This document shows, piece by piece, positions 9,106 to 18,063 of a stretch of 38,181 nt of DNA; the first letter of the stretch is position 1; each line of letters begins with the position of its first letter. Source of the stretch: a virus; UHGV virus genome UHGV-0208715; one strand, given 5' to 3'. Made by a program: the position numbers and the translations under genes. Under the pieces are notes generated by a model. The model did not search any database. It saw nothing but the letters and a program-made list of their open reading frames with translations, and was not told the DNA's origin.

Positions 9106-9118
9106 AGGAGCAATCACG

Positions 9119-9550
9119 TTGAAAAACAAACTAGCAAAAACAACAGCAATCATCGGACTAGCACTAGGTAGCGGAGTTATCGGCTACGCAGCAAGCAACG
9201 CATTTCAGGATTTGGACACGATCAAAGCAAATTTCAACACTGTCCTACAATACGGACAAACCAAGTCACAGCGTGTGTCAGAACTCGAATCACAGCTATC
9301 TAACAACACTCGTACACAAGATCAGCTGAAAGCAGAAATCGAACAAATCAAATCGGACAAGCAGAAGGAAATTGAAGCGAAGCAACGCGAAATCGAACAA
9401 AAGCAACAGGAGATCGCTACGAAGCAACAGGAAGCCGATAGCTTACGTCAACAGCTGAACACAGTGCAAAACGACAAGGAACAGTTAGAACAGCGTGTGA
9501 GCGAATTAAGACAGTATACGGATCAAAAAGTTCAAGAAATTAATAAATAG
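9119..9550 (+). CDS. Membrane-anchored coiled-coil protein (TTG start), Q/E-rich heptads
   Basis: N-terminal TM/signal-anchor TTAIIGLALGSGVIGYAA, then EIEQIKSDKQKEIEAKQREIEQKQQEI coiled coil. Confidence 0.45.
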   Translation: MKNKLAKTTAIIGLALGSGVIGYAASNAFQDLDTIKANFNTVLQYGQTKSQRVSELESQLSNNTRTQDQLKAEIEQIKSDKQKEIEAKQREIEQKQQEIATKQQEADSLRQQLNTVQNDKEQLEQRVSELRQYTDQKVQEINK

Positions 9551-9562
9551 GAGGGTTTTTTT

Positions 9563-9877
9563 ATGCATGAAGTTTTTGAAGAATTGAAAACGGACAAAAA
9601 GTTTATTGAAATGGTCATGGAAAGAATTTATGACGAAGATTCTGATGTATTAGACACGTTATCAGAACCAGAATGGTTTTCTCAGATGACTGATATAGCT
9701 GAAAAATACCTAATGAGATTTGAAGGCTTAGCTAAATATAAACGGAAAAAAGATTTGGAAAAAGCTGAACTAAAATCTATTGCAAACAAAATGAACGGTT
9801 ACGTGAAAACGGTTGGCTCACATAACCAACATATCCAGAATCTCGCAGATAGACTCGTTGAGTTGGTAGGTGAATAA
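9563..9877 (+). CDS. Hypothetical early protein
   Basis: 104-aa ORF with a GGAGGG RBS. Confidence 0.45.
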   Translation: MHEVFEELKTDKKFIEMVMERIYDEDSDVLDTLSEPEWFSQMTDIAEKYLMRFEGLAKYKRKKDLEKAELKSIANKMNGYVKTVGSHNQHIQNLADRLVELVGE

Positions 9878-9879
9878 CG

Positions 9880-9984
9880 ATGATAACAGTAACATTCACA
9901 GATGGACACGCGACTCATACAGTCCACACAAAAGAAGAAGTCTTAGCTTTAATCGATCGATACTTCAAGGAGGAAAACCTATGA
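9880..9984 (+). CDS. Small hypothetical protein (35 aa) missed by the 60-aa ORF track
   Basis: ATG at 9880. The stop overlaps the next ATG (ATGA), and an AAGGAGG RBS for the downstream gene lies inside its 3' end. Confidence 0.35.
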   Translation: MITVTFTDGHATHTVHTKEEVLALIDRYFKEENL

Positions 9985-10169
9985 TCAAGAAATTTTGCAT
10001 CTGGTACCTAAGGATCACTGAAACGCCAGTCTTTCTCAATTTGGAAACAACTGATGGAGACATCAAACTTGCTGCTAAAAAAGGACCGGTATTCATGAGT
10101 TCAGACACCGGACCATATGGGGTCAGCCTTAACTACAAGAGCAAAAGGAAGGTAAGACGGTATGAATAG
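9981..10169 (+). CDS. Small hypothetical protein (62 aa); the ORF-track entry 9870..10169 probably over-extends 5'
   Basis: A perfect AAGGAGG sits 8 nt upstream of the ATG at 9981. Confidence 0.45.
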   Translation: MIKKFCIWYLRITETPVFLNLETTDGDIKLAAKKGPVFMSSDTGPYGVSLNYKSKRKVRRYE

Positions 10170-10290
10170 AGCTGAAGCGCTACGTATCGGCAAAATCATT
10201 GCTGATCGCTGGTACAAGCATAACAAGCCTTTGATTCAGTCAAGGCAGAATATTGAACGACAAAAAGACCGACTAGCCGGCAAGCTTTAG
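10162..10290 (+). CDS. Small hypothetical protein (42 aa)
   Basis: ATG at 10162 overlaps the upstream stop. Basic, helical sequence. Confidence 0.3.
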   Translation: MNRAEALRIGKIIADRWYKHNKPLIQSRQNIERQKDRLAGKL

Positions 10291-10323
10291 TCAGTCAGAA
10301 AATACATCTTAAGGAGATTATAC

Positions 10324-10560
10324 ATGAGAATCGCAATAGATACACTAAAAAGAATACATTTAATCGATGATTATAAGCCGTACGGGTCAATTATCTTCGA
10401 TGTGGATGATAAAAGAAACCGTGTTGGTGTTTATCAAGACTGTGATAACGACAGTATTAGAACAAAGTTTGAAGCTATTGATGAATCGGCAGAGTTTGAG
10501 CGAGAAGATTTAATTCGTGGATTGGAAGAAGTGATCAAGAATTTGAAGGAGGCATTGTAG
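10324..10560 (+). CDS. Hypothetical protein
   Basis: 78-aa ORF with an AAGGAG RBS. Confidence 0.45.
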   Translation: MRIAIDTLKRIHLIDDYKPYGSIIFDVDDKRNRVGVYQDCDNDSIRTKFEAIDESAEFEREDLIRGLEEVIKNLKEAL

Positions 10561-11031
10561 TTGAAACTATACGAACTGACAGGTGCATTTAATCAAGTTG
10601 CAGACATGCTGGAATATGATTCAGAAAACGCAGCGATTATTGACACATTAGAATCACTTGATTTAGCCATTGAGGAAAAAGCAGACGGTTATGCTAAGTT
10701 GATCCGCAACCAAGAAGCTTCAAGCAAAGCATTTGATGAAGAAATCAAGCGAATGAAAGAGCGCAAGCAAGCGGTCGACAATAACGTCAAGCGAATGAAG
10801 TTAAGCTTACAAAATGCAATGGTAGAAATCGGCAAAACGAAATTTAAAACAGATTTATTTAGTTTCAACATTCAAAAAAATCAACCAAGCGTTGAGATCA
10901 TTGATGAGTCATTGATACCGGATAAATTTAAAAAGGTCACTATCGATTTTGATAAAACCGCAATCAAGAAAGCAGAAGAAGATGTTCCTGGTGTTGAGAT
11001 CAAGCAATCAGAAAGTTTGAGGATACGATGA
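10561..11031 (+). CDS. Siphovirus Gp157-like protein (Sfi21-type replication module)
   Basis: 156 aa, TTG start. Position immediately upstream of the AAA_24 ATPase, as in Sfi21-like phages. Confidence 0.5.
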   Translation: MKLYELTGAFNQVADMLEYDSENAAIIDTLESLDLAIEEKADGYAKLIRNQEASSKAFDEEIKRMKERKQAVDNNVKRMKLSLQNAMVEIGKTKFKTDLFSFNIQKNQPSVEIIDESLIPDKFKKVTIDFDKTAIKKAEEDVPGVEIKQSESLRIR

Positions 11032-11744
11032 TGGTAAAAAAACTACAGGCAAAAGAATTATCAGTAGATAAAGGCACATATATGATTTATGCCAACCCTG
11101 GAATGGGGAAGACGTACGCATTAGGTTTCTTGCCTGGCAAAACATTAGTTTTAGATGTCGATGGCTCTTCATCCACTTTGGCGAAACATCCGAACAAAGA
11201 AAATATCGAAGTTTGGCGATTAGACTCCTCGAATATTTGGCAGGAATGGTTAGATGTTGTAGCCGATCTAATTAAAAACAAAGCGGCATACGAAAAGCAG
11301 TTTGACAATATATGCTTAGACAATTTGTCAGAGCTATTTAAGGCGCAACTCGAAAACTTGGGGAAACTTGGGAAAAACAACGGAGTGCCTTCTCAAGCAG
11401 ATTATCAAAGAGTTGATTTTATGAATTTAAGAAGTCTTAGGGCATTGAATAGTATGGACTGCAGAGTAATTTTGACCGCTTGGGAAACAACTGACACATA
11501 CACCGAGCAAAACGGACAATTTTTCACAAGGTCCATGCCAGAGATAAGAACAAAGATTTTAAACAATTTTCTTGGATTGTGTGACGTTGTCGGTAGATTA
11601 ATTACAAAAAAAGACGAGGAAGGTAACGAAACTAGAGGTTTAGTTCTAAAGCCCACACAAGGCGTTTATGCCAAAAACAGGCTGGATGATAGGAAAGGAT
11701 GCTTAGTGAATGAATTTATCAAAATCGGAAGTGATGATGATTGA
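11028..11744 (+). CDS. RecA-like AAA_24 ATPase (Sak4-like recombination protein)
   Basis: Walker A YANPGMGKTYAL. Walker B-like hhhhD (ICLDNLSE). 238 aa. Confidence 0.7.
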   Translation: MMVKKLQAKELSVDKGTYMIYANPGMGKTYALGFLPGKTLVLDVDGSSSTLAKHPNKENIEVWRLDSSNIWQEWLDVVADLIKNKAAYEKQFDNICLDNLSELFKAQLENLGKLGKNNGVPSQADYQRVDFMNLRSLRALNSMDCRVILTAWETTDTYTEQNGQFFTRSMPEIRTKILNNFLGLCDVVGRLITKKDEEGNETRGLVLKPTQGVYAKNRLDDRKGCLVNEFIKIGSDDD

Positions 11745-13081
11745 CCTTTGAATTATACGACTATCAGGAAGATTTGATAAAGAGGGCTAGAGAGTCTTTT
11801 ATCAATGGCTATCGTGCTCCTTGTATCGTTTCTCCATGCGGCTCTGGTAAATCAGTAGTGATAGCAGAAATCGCTCGTAAGACAACATTAAAGGGCAATC
11901 AGGTATTGTTCTTAGTCCACAGAAAGGAATTAATTGACCAAATAAGGAATACTTTTGAAACGCATGGCGTGGATATGAGATTCGTTCTTTTCGGAATGGT
12001 TCAAACAATTGTGAGAAAGTTAGGGAAAATAAAGAAACCTAAGCTGATCATAACGGATGAAAATCACCACAGCTTGGCAAGTAGTTATAAGAAAATCTAT
12101 GAATATTATTCAGATGTCCAACGTATAGGCTTTACCGCAACACCAGTCAGATTGAATGGCAGCGGATTAGGAGATGTCAACGATTTGTTGATAGAGGGAG
12201 TATCAGTTAAATGGTTGATTGAAAACAAACGACTAACTCCATATAAATACTATGCACCAGCGTTGATCGATACTTCGGTTTTAAAAATGAATTCTATGTC
12301 GGAATTCTCAAAAGGAAGTATAGATAAAGCTTTGGAACAAAAAGCTATATACGGTGATGTTATCAAGCATTATAAAAAACTAGCTGAAGGTGAGCAAGCG
12401 ATCGTATATTGCCACAGTATAGAGTCTAGCGAAAAGACTAGAGATTTATTTATCGAATCAGGATACCAAGCAGCACATATTGACGGAAAAACGAATAAAC
12501 AGGAACGTGATTCAATTATTGAAAAATTTCGTAATCACGATATTCAAATTCTGACAAATGTTGATTTAATCGGTGAGGGATTTGATGTTCCAGATTGCTC
12601 GACAGTCATAATGCTAAGGCCCACTAAATCGCTCTCGCTGTTCATCCAGCAAGCCATGAGAGGGATGCGTTACAAACCAAATAAAATATCCACGATTATA
12701 GATCATGTCGGCAATGTGAACGAACATGGTTTACCGGATATGCCTAGGCAATGGAGCCTATCAAGTAAAAAAAGCAAAAAAAAAGAGGATGTCATACCTA
12801 TTAAGGAATGTCCTAACTGTTTTGGAACTTATGCAAGCGAAGTTGGAAATGTCTGCCCCTACTGTGGGCATGAGATTCCGAAAGAAGAACGTGCAAGTGA
12901 GCTAGAAACGATTGAGAGTGCGGAATTGCAAGAAGTTACTTTGGATATATCGGCAGGAAAATACGCAAGTATGCAACCAGAAGAAGCCGAAACTATAGAG
13001 GAGCTTTATAAAATAGCCAGAGCTAAGGGATATAAACCCGGTTGGGCGTACTTTCAAGCGAAACAAAGGGGGTTTTTGTAA
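11741..13081 (+). CDS. DEAD/DEAH-box (SF2) helicase with C-terminal zinc ribbon
   Basis: Motif I SPCGSGKS, motif II TDENHH, motif VI QAMRGMR. CPNC...CPYC zinc ribbon. Confidence 0.8.
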   Translation: MTFELYDYQEDLIKRARESFINGYRAPCIVSPCGSGKSVVIAEIARKTTLKGNQVLFLVHRKELIDQIRNTFETHGVDMRFVLFGMVQTIVRKLGKIKKPKLIITDENHHSLASSYKKIYEYYSDVQRIGFTATPVRLNGSGLGDVNDLLIEGVSVKWLIENKRLTPYKYYAPALIDTSVLKMNSMSEFSKGSIDKALEQKAIYGDVIKHYKKLAEGEQAIVYCHSIESSEKTRDLFIESGYQAAHIDGKTNKQERDSIIEKFRNHDIQILTNVDLIGEGFDVPDCSTVIMLRPTKSLSLFIQQAMRGMRYKPNKISTIIDHVGNVNEHGLPDMPRQWSLSSKKSKKKEDVIPIKECPNCFGTYASEVGNVCPYCGHEIPKEERASELETIESAELQEVTLDISAGKYASMQPEEAETIEELYKIARAKGYKPGWAYFQAKQRGFL

Positions 13082-13831
13082 GTGGTTAAAGCTGAAAAAA
13101 TGGCTGGTATGAAGATAGGAAACATGGTAGTTATTGGCGATACCGGGAAACGATCTAAACATGGCGATGTTATCGTTTTAACCGTTGATGAAGATGGCTT
13201 TTATCATGAAGTTTTATCGGGTAATTTATTTCACAATCCGGAAAGTTATAGTGGATGGAAAGGTAGTGAAAAGCACATAAAGATAGCGTCAGAGGTGGGT
13301 AGAAAAAATATTAAAACAGCTCACGACAAATCAATTAAAGAGGGTTCTAAGTTAGATAATATTTCAGATGGATTATCTAATAAAAACAGAACGGGGTATG
13401 CAGGTATTATATGGAACTACCGAAATAAAAAGTGGCAATACGACTTGATCTTTCAAGGTAAACGATACAGAAAATATTTTAACGATTTTAACAAAACGGT
13501 ACTCGAAAGGAATGAACTAGTCCGAGAAATATGTAACCCTTTTTTAAAAAAACATAATTTTCCTTTAATAGAGAAAATAGATGAAAAATCCATTATTAAA
13601 AATGATTATGTGAAAAGTAAAGACAAGTTAATTAAGAATAAAAATGATAAAAGTGTTAAAGAAAATAAACAAAGTTTTTCTAAAAGTGAAACGATATATG
13701 GATATTATTTCTGTAAATCAAGGTGCAAGTTTAGAGTTTATGCTCAAAACGGAAGTAAAAAGAAATACTTCGGGCAATTTAATTCGGAAGAAGAAGCAAT
13801 AAATAGAGTTGAACAAATAACACCAAAATAA
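13082..13831 (+). CDS. AP2-domain-containing DNA-binding protein (homing-endonuclease-associated type), two AP2-like repeats
   Basis: GYAGIIWNYRNKKWQYDLIFQGKRYRKYFNDFNKTV and YGYYFCKSRCKFRVYAQNGSKKKYFGQFNSEEEAINRV resemble AP2/ERF repeats. Confidence 0.45.
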   Translation: MVKAEKMAGMKIGNMVVIGDTGKRSKHGDVIVLTVDEDGFYHEVLSGNLFHNPESYSGWKGSEKHIKIASEVGRKNIKTAHDKSIKEGSKLDNISDGLSNKNRTGYAGIIWNYRNKKWQYDLIFQGKRYRKYFNDFNKTVLERNELVREICNPFLKKHNFPLIEKIDEKSIIKNDYVKSKDKLIKNKNDKSVKENKQSFSKSETIYGYYFCKSRCKFRVYAQNGSKKKYFGQFNSEEEAINRVEQITPK

Positions 13832-13855
13832 AAAAAATAGAGGAGATTAACTAAC

Positions 13856-14359
13856 ATGACAGGATTTAACTTAGATTTCAACGACAAATTTGAAGGCGGC
13901 GGAATTACAGACGGAGTTTATGAAGTGATCGTAAATATCGCAACTGAAGATGCAACAAAAAGCGGAACAGAATACGCACAATTAGATTTGATCATCCGTA
14001 ACGATGTGCAACAAAAGCACCAAAATCAACATATCTTTCATAAAATTTGGAAGAAAAAGGACACAGGCAAATACAATTTCCAAATGTTTAACACTTTAGG
14101 TTGGGCTTTTCGCTTAGACGAAGGGAAATCATATGGAAGTATTGACGACTTGTTACAAGATTTCTTTATGAAAACTGCTAAGGTGACCGTTAAAAACGAG
14201 CAATCAGAATTTAACGGAAAAACTTATGACAACTTGAATGTAAAACGGTGGGAACAGTCGGCTTTCCCAAATATTCAACATCAATTCAAAGATAGCAGTA
14301 AACCAAATGATTTCTCAGGAAGCAGCATCGATATTAGCGATGATGATCTTCCATTCTAA
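13856..14359 (+). CDS. DUF669-like phage protein with SSB-type acidic C-terminal tail (DISDDDLPF)
   Basis: Position between the helicase and primase as in Sfi21-like modules. The C-terminus mimics the SSB-Ct motif. Confidence 0.45.
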   Translation: MTGFNLDFNDKFEGGGITDGVYEVIVNIATEDATKSGTEYAQLDLIIRNDVQQKHQNQHIFHKIWKKKDTGKYNFQMFNTLGWAFRLDEGKSYGSIDDLLQDFFMKTAKVTVKNEQSEFNGKTYDNLNVKRWEQSAFPNIQHQFKDSSKPNDFSGSSIDISDDDLPF

Positions 14360-14379
14360 TTAAAGGGAGTTGAAAGTGT

Positions 14380-16707
14380 GTGGTGTATGAACACATTCCA
14401 GAAGAACTAAAGCAGCAAAAACAATGGTGTGTATATCGATTGGTATGGAACGAAGAAAGAAAAAAACACACCAAAATACCAGCCGATCCACACACTGGAA
14501 ACAACGGTAAATCTAATGATGAGAGTACGTGGTCTGATTATCAGACCGCACTCTCTGCAATAGAAAAGTACAAATGTAATGGATTGGGTTTTTATTTCAA
14601 GAAGCCATACTTCGGAATTGACATCGATAACATCGAAGGGGAAATCCAGCGTTATCTACAAGGTGATATCGAAACAAATATGATGTACGAGTTTGTAACA
14701 TCGATTAAATCTTATGCTGAATACTCTCAATCAGGTAACGGTATCCACATTATCTGTAAAGGAAAATTGCCTGGTCACAGGCGTAGAAAAGGCAATGTTG
14801 AAATGTATGATTCGGGTAGATTTTTCGTTATGACAGGCAACACTGTCGATCGCAAATATAACCAAGTCATTGAACCATCAGAAACCACTCTAAAACTGCT
14901 ATATAACCGATATATTGGAGACGATAAGATTATCCGATTTAATAATCAAAACGTCTCAGAATCGAAAATAGACCTCTCAGAAAGCGAGATAGTACAAAAA
15001 GCATACGAAAGTAAGCAAGGCGCCAAATTCAAAGTATTTATGGAGGGTGGTTGGGAAGCTTTTTATGATTCCCAATCCGAAGCCGATATTGCTTTCGCGA
15101 ACATGTTGGCGTTTTGGACCGGTAGAGATTATGAGAAGATGGACAGCATTTTCAGAGATTCGTCTTTATTTAGACAAAAGTATGACGAACGCAGACCACC
15201 AAATTCAACATACGGCGGAAACTTATTAAACAAAGCAATACATGAATGTGAAAATACCTATACGCCTAGCCAGTCGCATGGTTTCAGAATTTTCATTAAA
15301 GAGTTTGAAGAAAAGAAAGAAGACAAATTCTACTCCTATGATGACACCGGGAATGCAGAAAGATTTATGGATGTGTATGGAACCTTAGTCAGATACTCAT
15401 ATATTAATAAAGAGTTTTATTTCTACGATGGTAAGAGTTGGAAGATTGATGATACAGGTGAAATATCAAAAATGATTGATACCACAGTTGACATGATGAA
15501 AAATGAGAAAGTTTATATCCCTGCCGACTGTGAAGATCCAGAAAAAATTGAAGAAGCCTTTAGGAAACACATCAAGCGTTCCCGTGGGAATTCTGCAAAG
15601 AAAGCTATGAGAGAACAAATCATGCACCGTGTATCGGTTTTACCAGATGAGTTTGATAGCGACACAACACTTCTAAATACACAAAATGGATATTTAGATT
15701 TGATTAGCGGAGTATTGCACGAACACAACATAGACAAAAAGTTTACACGAATAGCAAATATTGAATATACAGATAAAATCGATGCGCCGCAATGGACTGA
15801 ATTTTTAAATCAAATATTTGATAACGACCAAGAGTTGATCAGATATGTTCAAAAGGCAGTTGGCTACTCACTCACTGGGTCCACAAGAGAGCAGAGTATG
15901 TTCGTGCTATTCGGCGCTGGTAGTAATGGTAAGTCAGTATTTCTCGATACTATTTCCTACATCATGGGCAGCTATGCAACGAACATGCAAGCGGACACGA
16001 TTATGGTTAGAAAAGCAAATGGTGGAGCTAATACAGATATAGCGCGTTTGAAAGGCGCTAGATTGGTGACATCATCTGAGCCTAATGAAGGCGTGCGTAT
16101 GGATGAAGGTTTGGTCAAACAGTTGACTGGGGGAGATAAAGTAACTGCTCGCTTTTTATACGGAAAAGAATTTGAATTTACACCAGAATTCAAGCTTTGG
16201 TTAGCAACTAACCACAAACCGATCATTCGAGGTACGGATGACGGAATATGGCGAAGAATGAATTTAATTCCTTTTACCATACAGATTCCTGATCACAAGA
16301 AAGACAAGAACCTTAAATACAAACTTAAGCGTGAATCAGTCGGGATTTTGAATTGGATAGTAGAAGGTTGTCTGATGTGGCAGAGAGAGGGCTTGAAGCG
16401 ACCAAAAATCGTTGAGGATGCTTCAAAAGAATATCGAGAAGAAATGGACGTAACTGCAGCATTTATCAATGATTGTTGTGAGAGAGGAATAAATAAGCGT
16501 GTAAAAGCCAAAGATTTTTATCAAGCTTACAAAACTTGGGCAAATGAAAATGGTCAGTACGAAATGAATAGCACGAAATTCGGTAAAGAAATGAGTAATA
16601 AATTTAACAAAAAGAAAACTAACCAAGGAATTATGTACGAAGGTATAGATTTGATTGAAGAAAACAAGCCTTATGAGAACAGTGGTATACGAAATTTGTT
16701 TAATTAG
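14380..16707 (+). CDS. Bifunctional primase-polymerase / D5-type (SF3, P4-family) replicative helicase
   Basis: 775 aa. N-terminal prim-pol-like region. C-terminal Walker A VLFGAGSNGKS and Walker B LVTSSEP, typical of P4 alpha / D5 C-terminal primases. Confidence 0.8.
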   Translation: MVYEHIPEELKQQKQWCVYRLVWNEERKKHTKIPADPHTGNNGKSNDESTWSDYQTALSAIEKYKCNGLGFYFKKPYFGIDIDNIEGEIQRYLQGDIETNMMYEFVTSIKSYAEYSQSGNGIHIICKGKLPGHRRRKGNVEMYDSGRFFVMTGNTVDRKYNQVIEPSETTLKLLYNRYIGDDKIIRFNNQNVSESKIDLSESEIVQKAYESKQGAKFKVFMEGGWEAFYDSQSEADIAFANMLAFWTGRDYEKMDSIFRDSSLFRQKYDERRPPNSTYGGNLLNKAIHECENTYTPSQSHGFRIFIKEFEEKKEDKFYSYDDTGNAERFMDVYGTLVRYSYINKEFYFYDGKSWKIDDTGEISKMIDTTVDMMKNEKVYIPADCEDPEKIEEAFRKHIKRSRGNSAKKAMREQIMHRVSVLPDEFDSDTTLLNTQNGYLDLISGVLHEHNIDKKFTRIANIEYTDKIDAPQWTEFLNQIFDNDQELIRYVQKAVGYSLTGSTREQSMFVLFGAGSNGKSVFLDTISYIMGSYATNMQADTIMVRKANGGANTDIARLKGARLVTSSEPNEGVRMDEGLVKQLTGGDKVTARFLYGKEFEFTPEFKLWLATNHKPIIRGTDDGIWRRMNLIPFTIQIPDHKKDKNLKYKLKRESVGILNWIVEGCLMWQREGLKRPKIVEDASKEYREEMDVTAAFINDCCERGINKRVKAKDFYQAYKTWANENGQYEMNSTKFGKEMSNKFNKKKTNQGIMYEGIDLIEENKPYENSGIRNLFN

Positions 16708-17019
16708 TCTATACCAATTTTCGGAAAAGTGCATAGTAGTGAAGGGTAAGTGCATAGTTTAGAACTCAACTATTCACTCCTTCAAACCCTTGATATTACT
16801 ATATTTATATTACTTTTTTTATATAAAGTGAATAGTAGTGAATAGTTAATATAAAAGAGTAAATAAAAAAGTAATAAAGGAAAAATATATAAAAGAATAG
16901 GAATTTGGGTCAAACTATGCACTACTGTTCACCTTATCACGCTGTATCCATTGGGGGAGTAAGCATGAAGGCAGGTGAATAGTTTAGGCTGACTATTCAC
17001 TTTATTAGGAGGTCCAAAA
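16708..17019. repeat. Putative origin of replication: iterons GTGCATAGT and GTGAATAGT in direct and inverted copies around an AT-rich core
   Basis: GTGCATAGT at 16729 and 16750 (21-bp spacing). GTGAATAGT tandem at 16828 and 16838 (10-bp period), and at 16975. Inverted copies at 16768-16780, 16913-16934 and 16992-17000. AT-rich 16781-16912. Confidence 0.55.
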
Positions 17020-17352
17020 ATGCAATCTGAACAATCAATCCAAAATGAAATATTAATCGAGTTATCGAAAAAAGGATATAAAGCTTTTCGCACGAATGCC
17101 GGCAAAGTTAGAACAGAATCTGGCGGAGTGATTAAACTGCTGCCAAAAGGACATTTTGATATTTATGGCTACAACCCAAACGATCAAACAGTTTTCTATA
17201 TCGAAGTAAAGAACGCAAAAGGCAAAGCAAGACCAGAACAAATTACCTTTCATAAAGTATTGCAAAAAGACGGTATTGTTCATGGCATTGCTAGAAGTGC
17301 GATGGATGCATTGATGATCGTGGAAGAAAAAATAGTAGGGTGGGGTTTTTAA
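17020..17352 (+). CDS. VRR-NUC domain nuclease
   Basis: EILIELSKKGYKAFRTNAG...GHFDIYGY...FYIEVKNAKGKARPEQITFH matches the VRR-NUC PD-(D/E)xK pattern. Confidence 0.65.
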   Translation: MQSEQSIQNEILIELSKKGYKAFRTNAGKVRTESGGVIKLLPKGHFDIYGYNPNDQTVFYIEVKNAKGKARPEQITFHKVLQKDGIVHGIARSAMDALMIVEEKIVGWGF

Positions 17353-17516
17353 TGACGCCAACACAAGAAAGCATACGCAAACTGTCAGATAAAGAGTTAA
17401 TAGCACAACTAAAAATCGTTCGGAGCGTGCAAAGGCGATTTAATTTTCGTGAAAAATGGATTTGTGAAGAAATGGAGCGGAGGAGTAAAGATGAACAAAC
17501 AAGAATTGATCAATAA
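17352..17516 (+). CDS. Small protein (54 aa), paralogue of 18518..18679; shares C-terminus EEMERRSKDEQTRID
   Basis: ATG overlaps the VRR-NUC stop. Exact 46-nt identity with the second copy at its 3' end. Confidence 0.45.
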   Translation: MTPTQESIRKLSDKELIAQLKIVRSVQRRFNFREKWICEEMERRSKDEQTRIDQ

Positions 17517-18063
17517 TGTAAAAGCTTGGGGTGCGTGGTGTACCGACCATAACACTGGTGAAAAAGATCGATACGTAAAAATTAATAAAGTTAGAGAGTT
17601 GATTGAGCAGCTAGACGAAAAACAAAAAGTTACGGTGCCTAAGTTTGTTGCTACATGGATCAAACAATGTAAAGAAAAAGCTACACTTGCTGATTGCCTG
17701 GATGGATATTATGAAATCTCAAATGGTGAAGTTGTTAGCTCGGAAGATTTCCAAAATTGGGTTGTAGATAACAAAAACGATGAACTGACTGCTAAAGCGT
17801 GGATCTTTGGATATGAAGTGGAGAAACTTCCTGTTTTCCCTTTATCTCAAGGCGATTTAGTTATTAGAAAAGGCAAACACGAAGCGAAAATTTATATTGT
17901 TGAATCAGTTAGTGAGAGTGGTGTGCTTCTTGTGAATGGGATAAAAGACGAATTTTATTCAGTGGATGATGAAGGTGGTCCTGACAATGACCTAGACTAT
18001 TTTTATTCTAATTTTAGGTTGTTAGCCAAAAGGGAATCGCTACAAGTGGAGGAAGAAAAATGA
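17491..18063 (+). CDS. Hypothetical phage protein, paralogue 1 (begins MNKQELI; the ORF-track start at 17449 is likely too early)
   Basis: GGAGGAG RBS before the ATG at 17491. Shares MNKQELI...KVTVP(K/Q)F...DN(K/D) blocks with 18657..19220. Confidence 0.6.
   Translation: MNKQELINNVKAWGAWCTDHNTGEKDRYVKINKVRELIEQLDEKQKVTVPKFVATWIKQCKEKATLADCLDGYYEISNGEVVSSEDFQNWVVDNKNDELTAKAWIFGYEVEKLPVFPLSQGDLVIRKGKHEAKIYIVESVSESGVLLVNGIKDEFYSVDDEGGPDNDLDYFYSNFRLLAKRESLQVEEEK

Noticed and set aside
16708-17019. CRISPR-like repeat array
   Set aside because: The repeats are 9-mers in mixed orientation with irregular spacing and an AT-rich core, which is an iteron or origin architecture and not repeat-spacer units.
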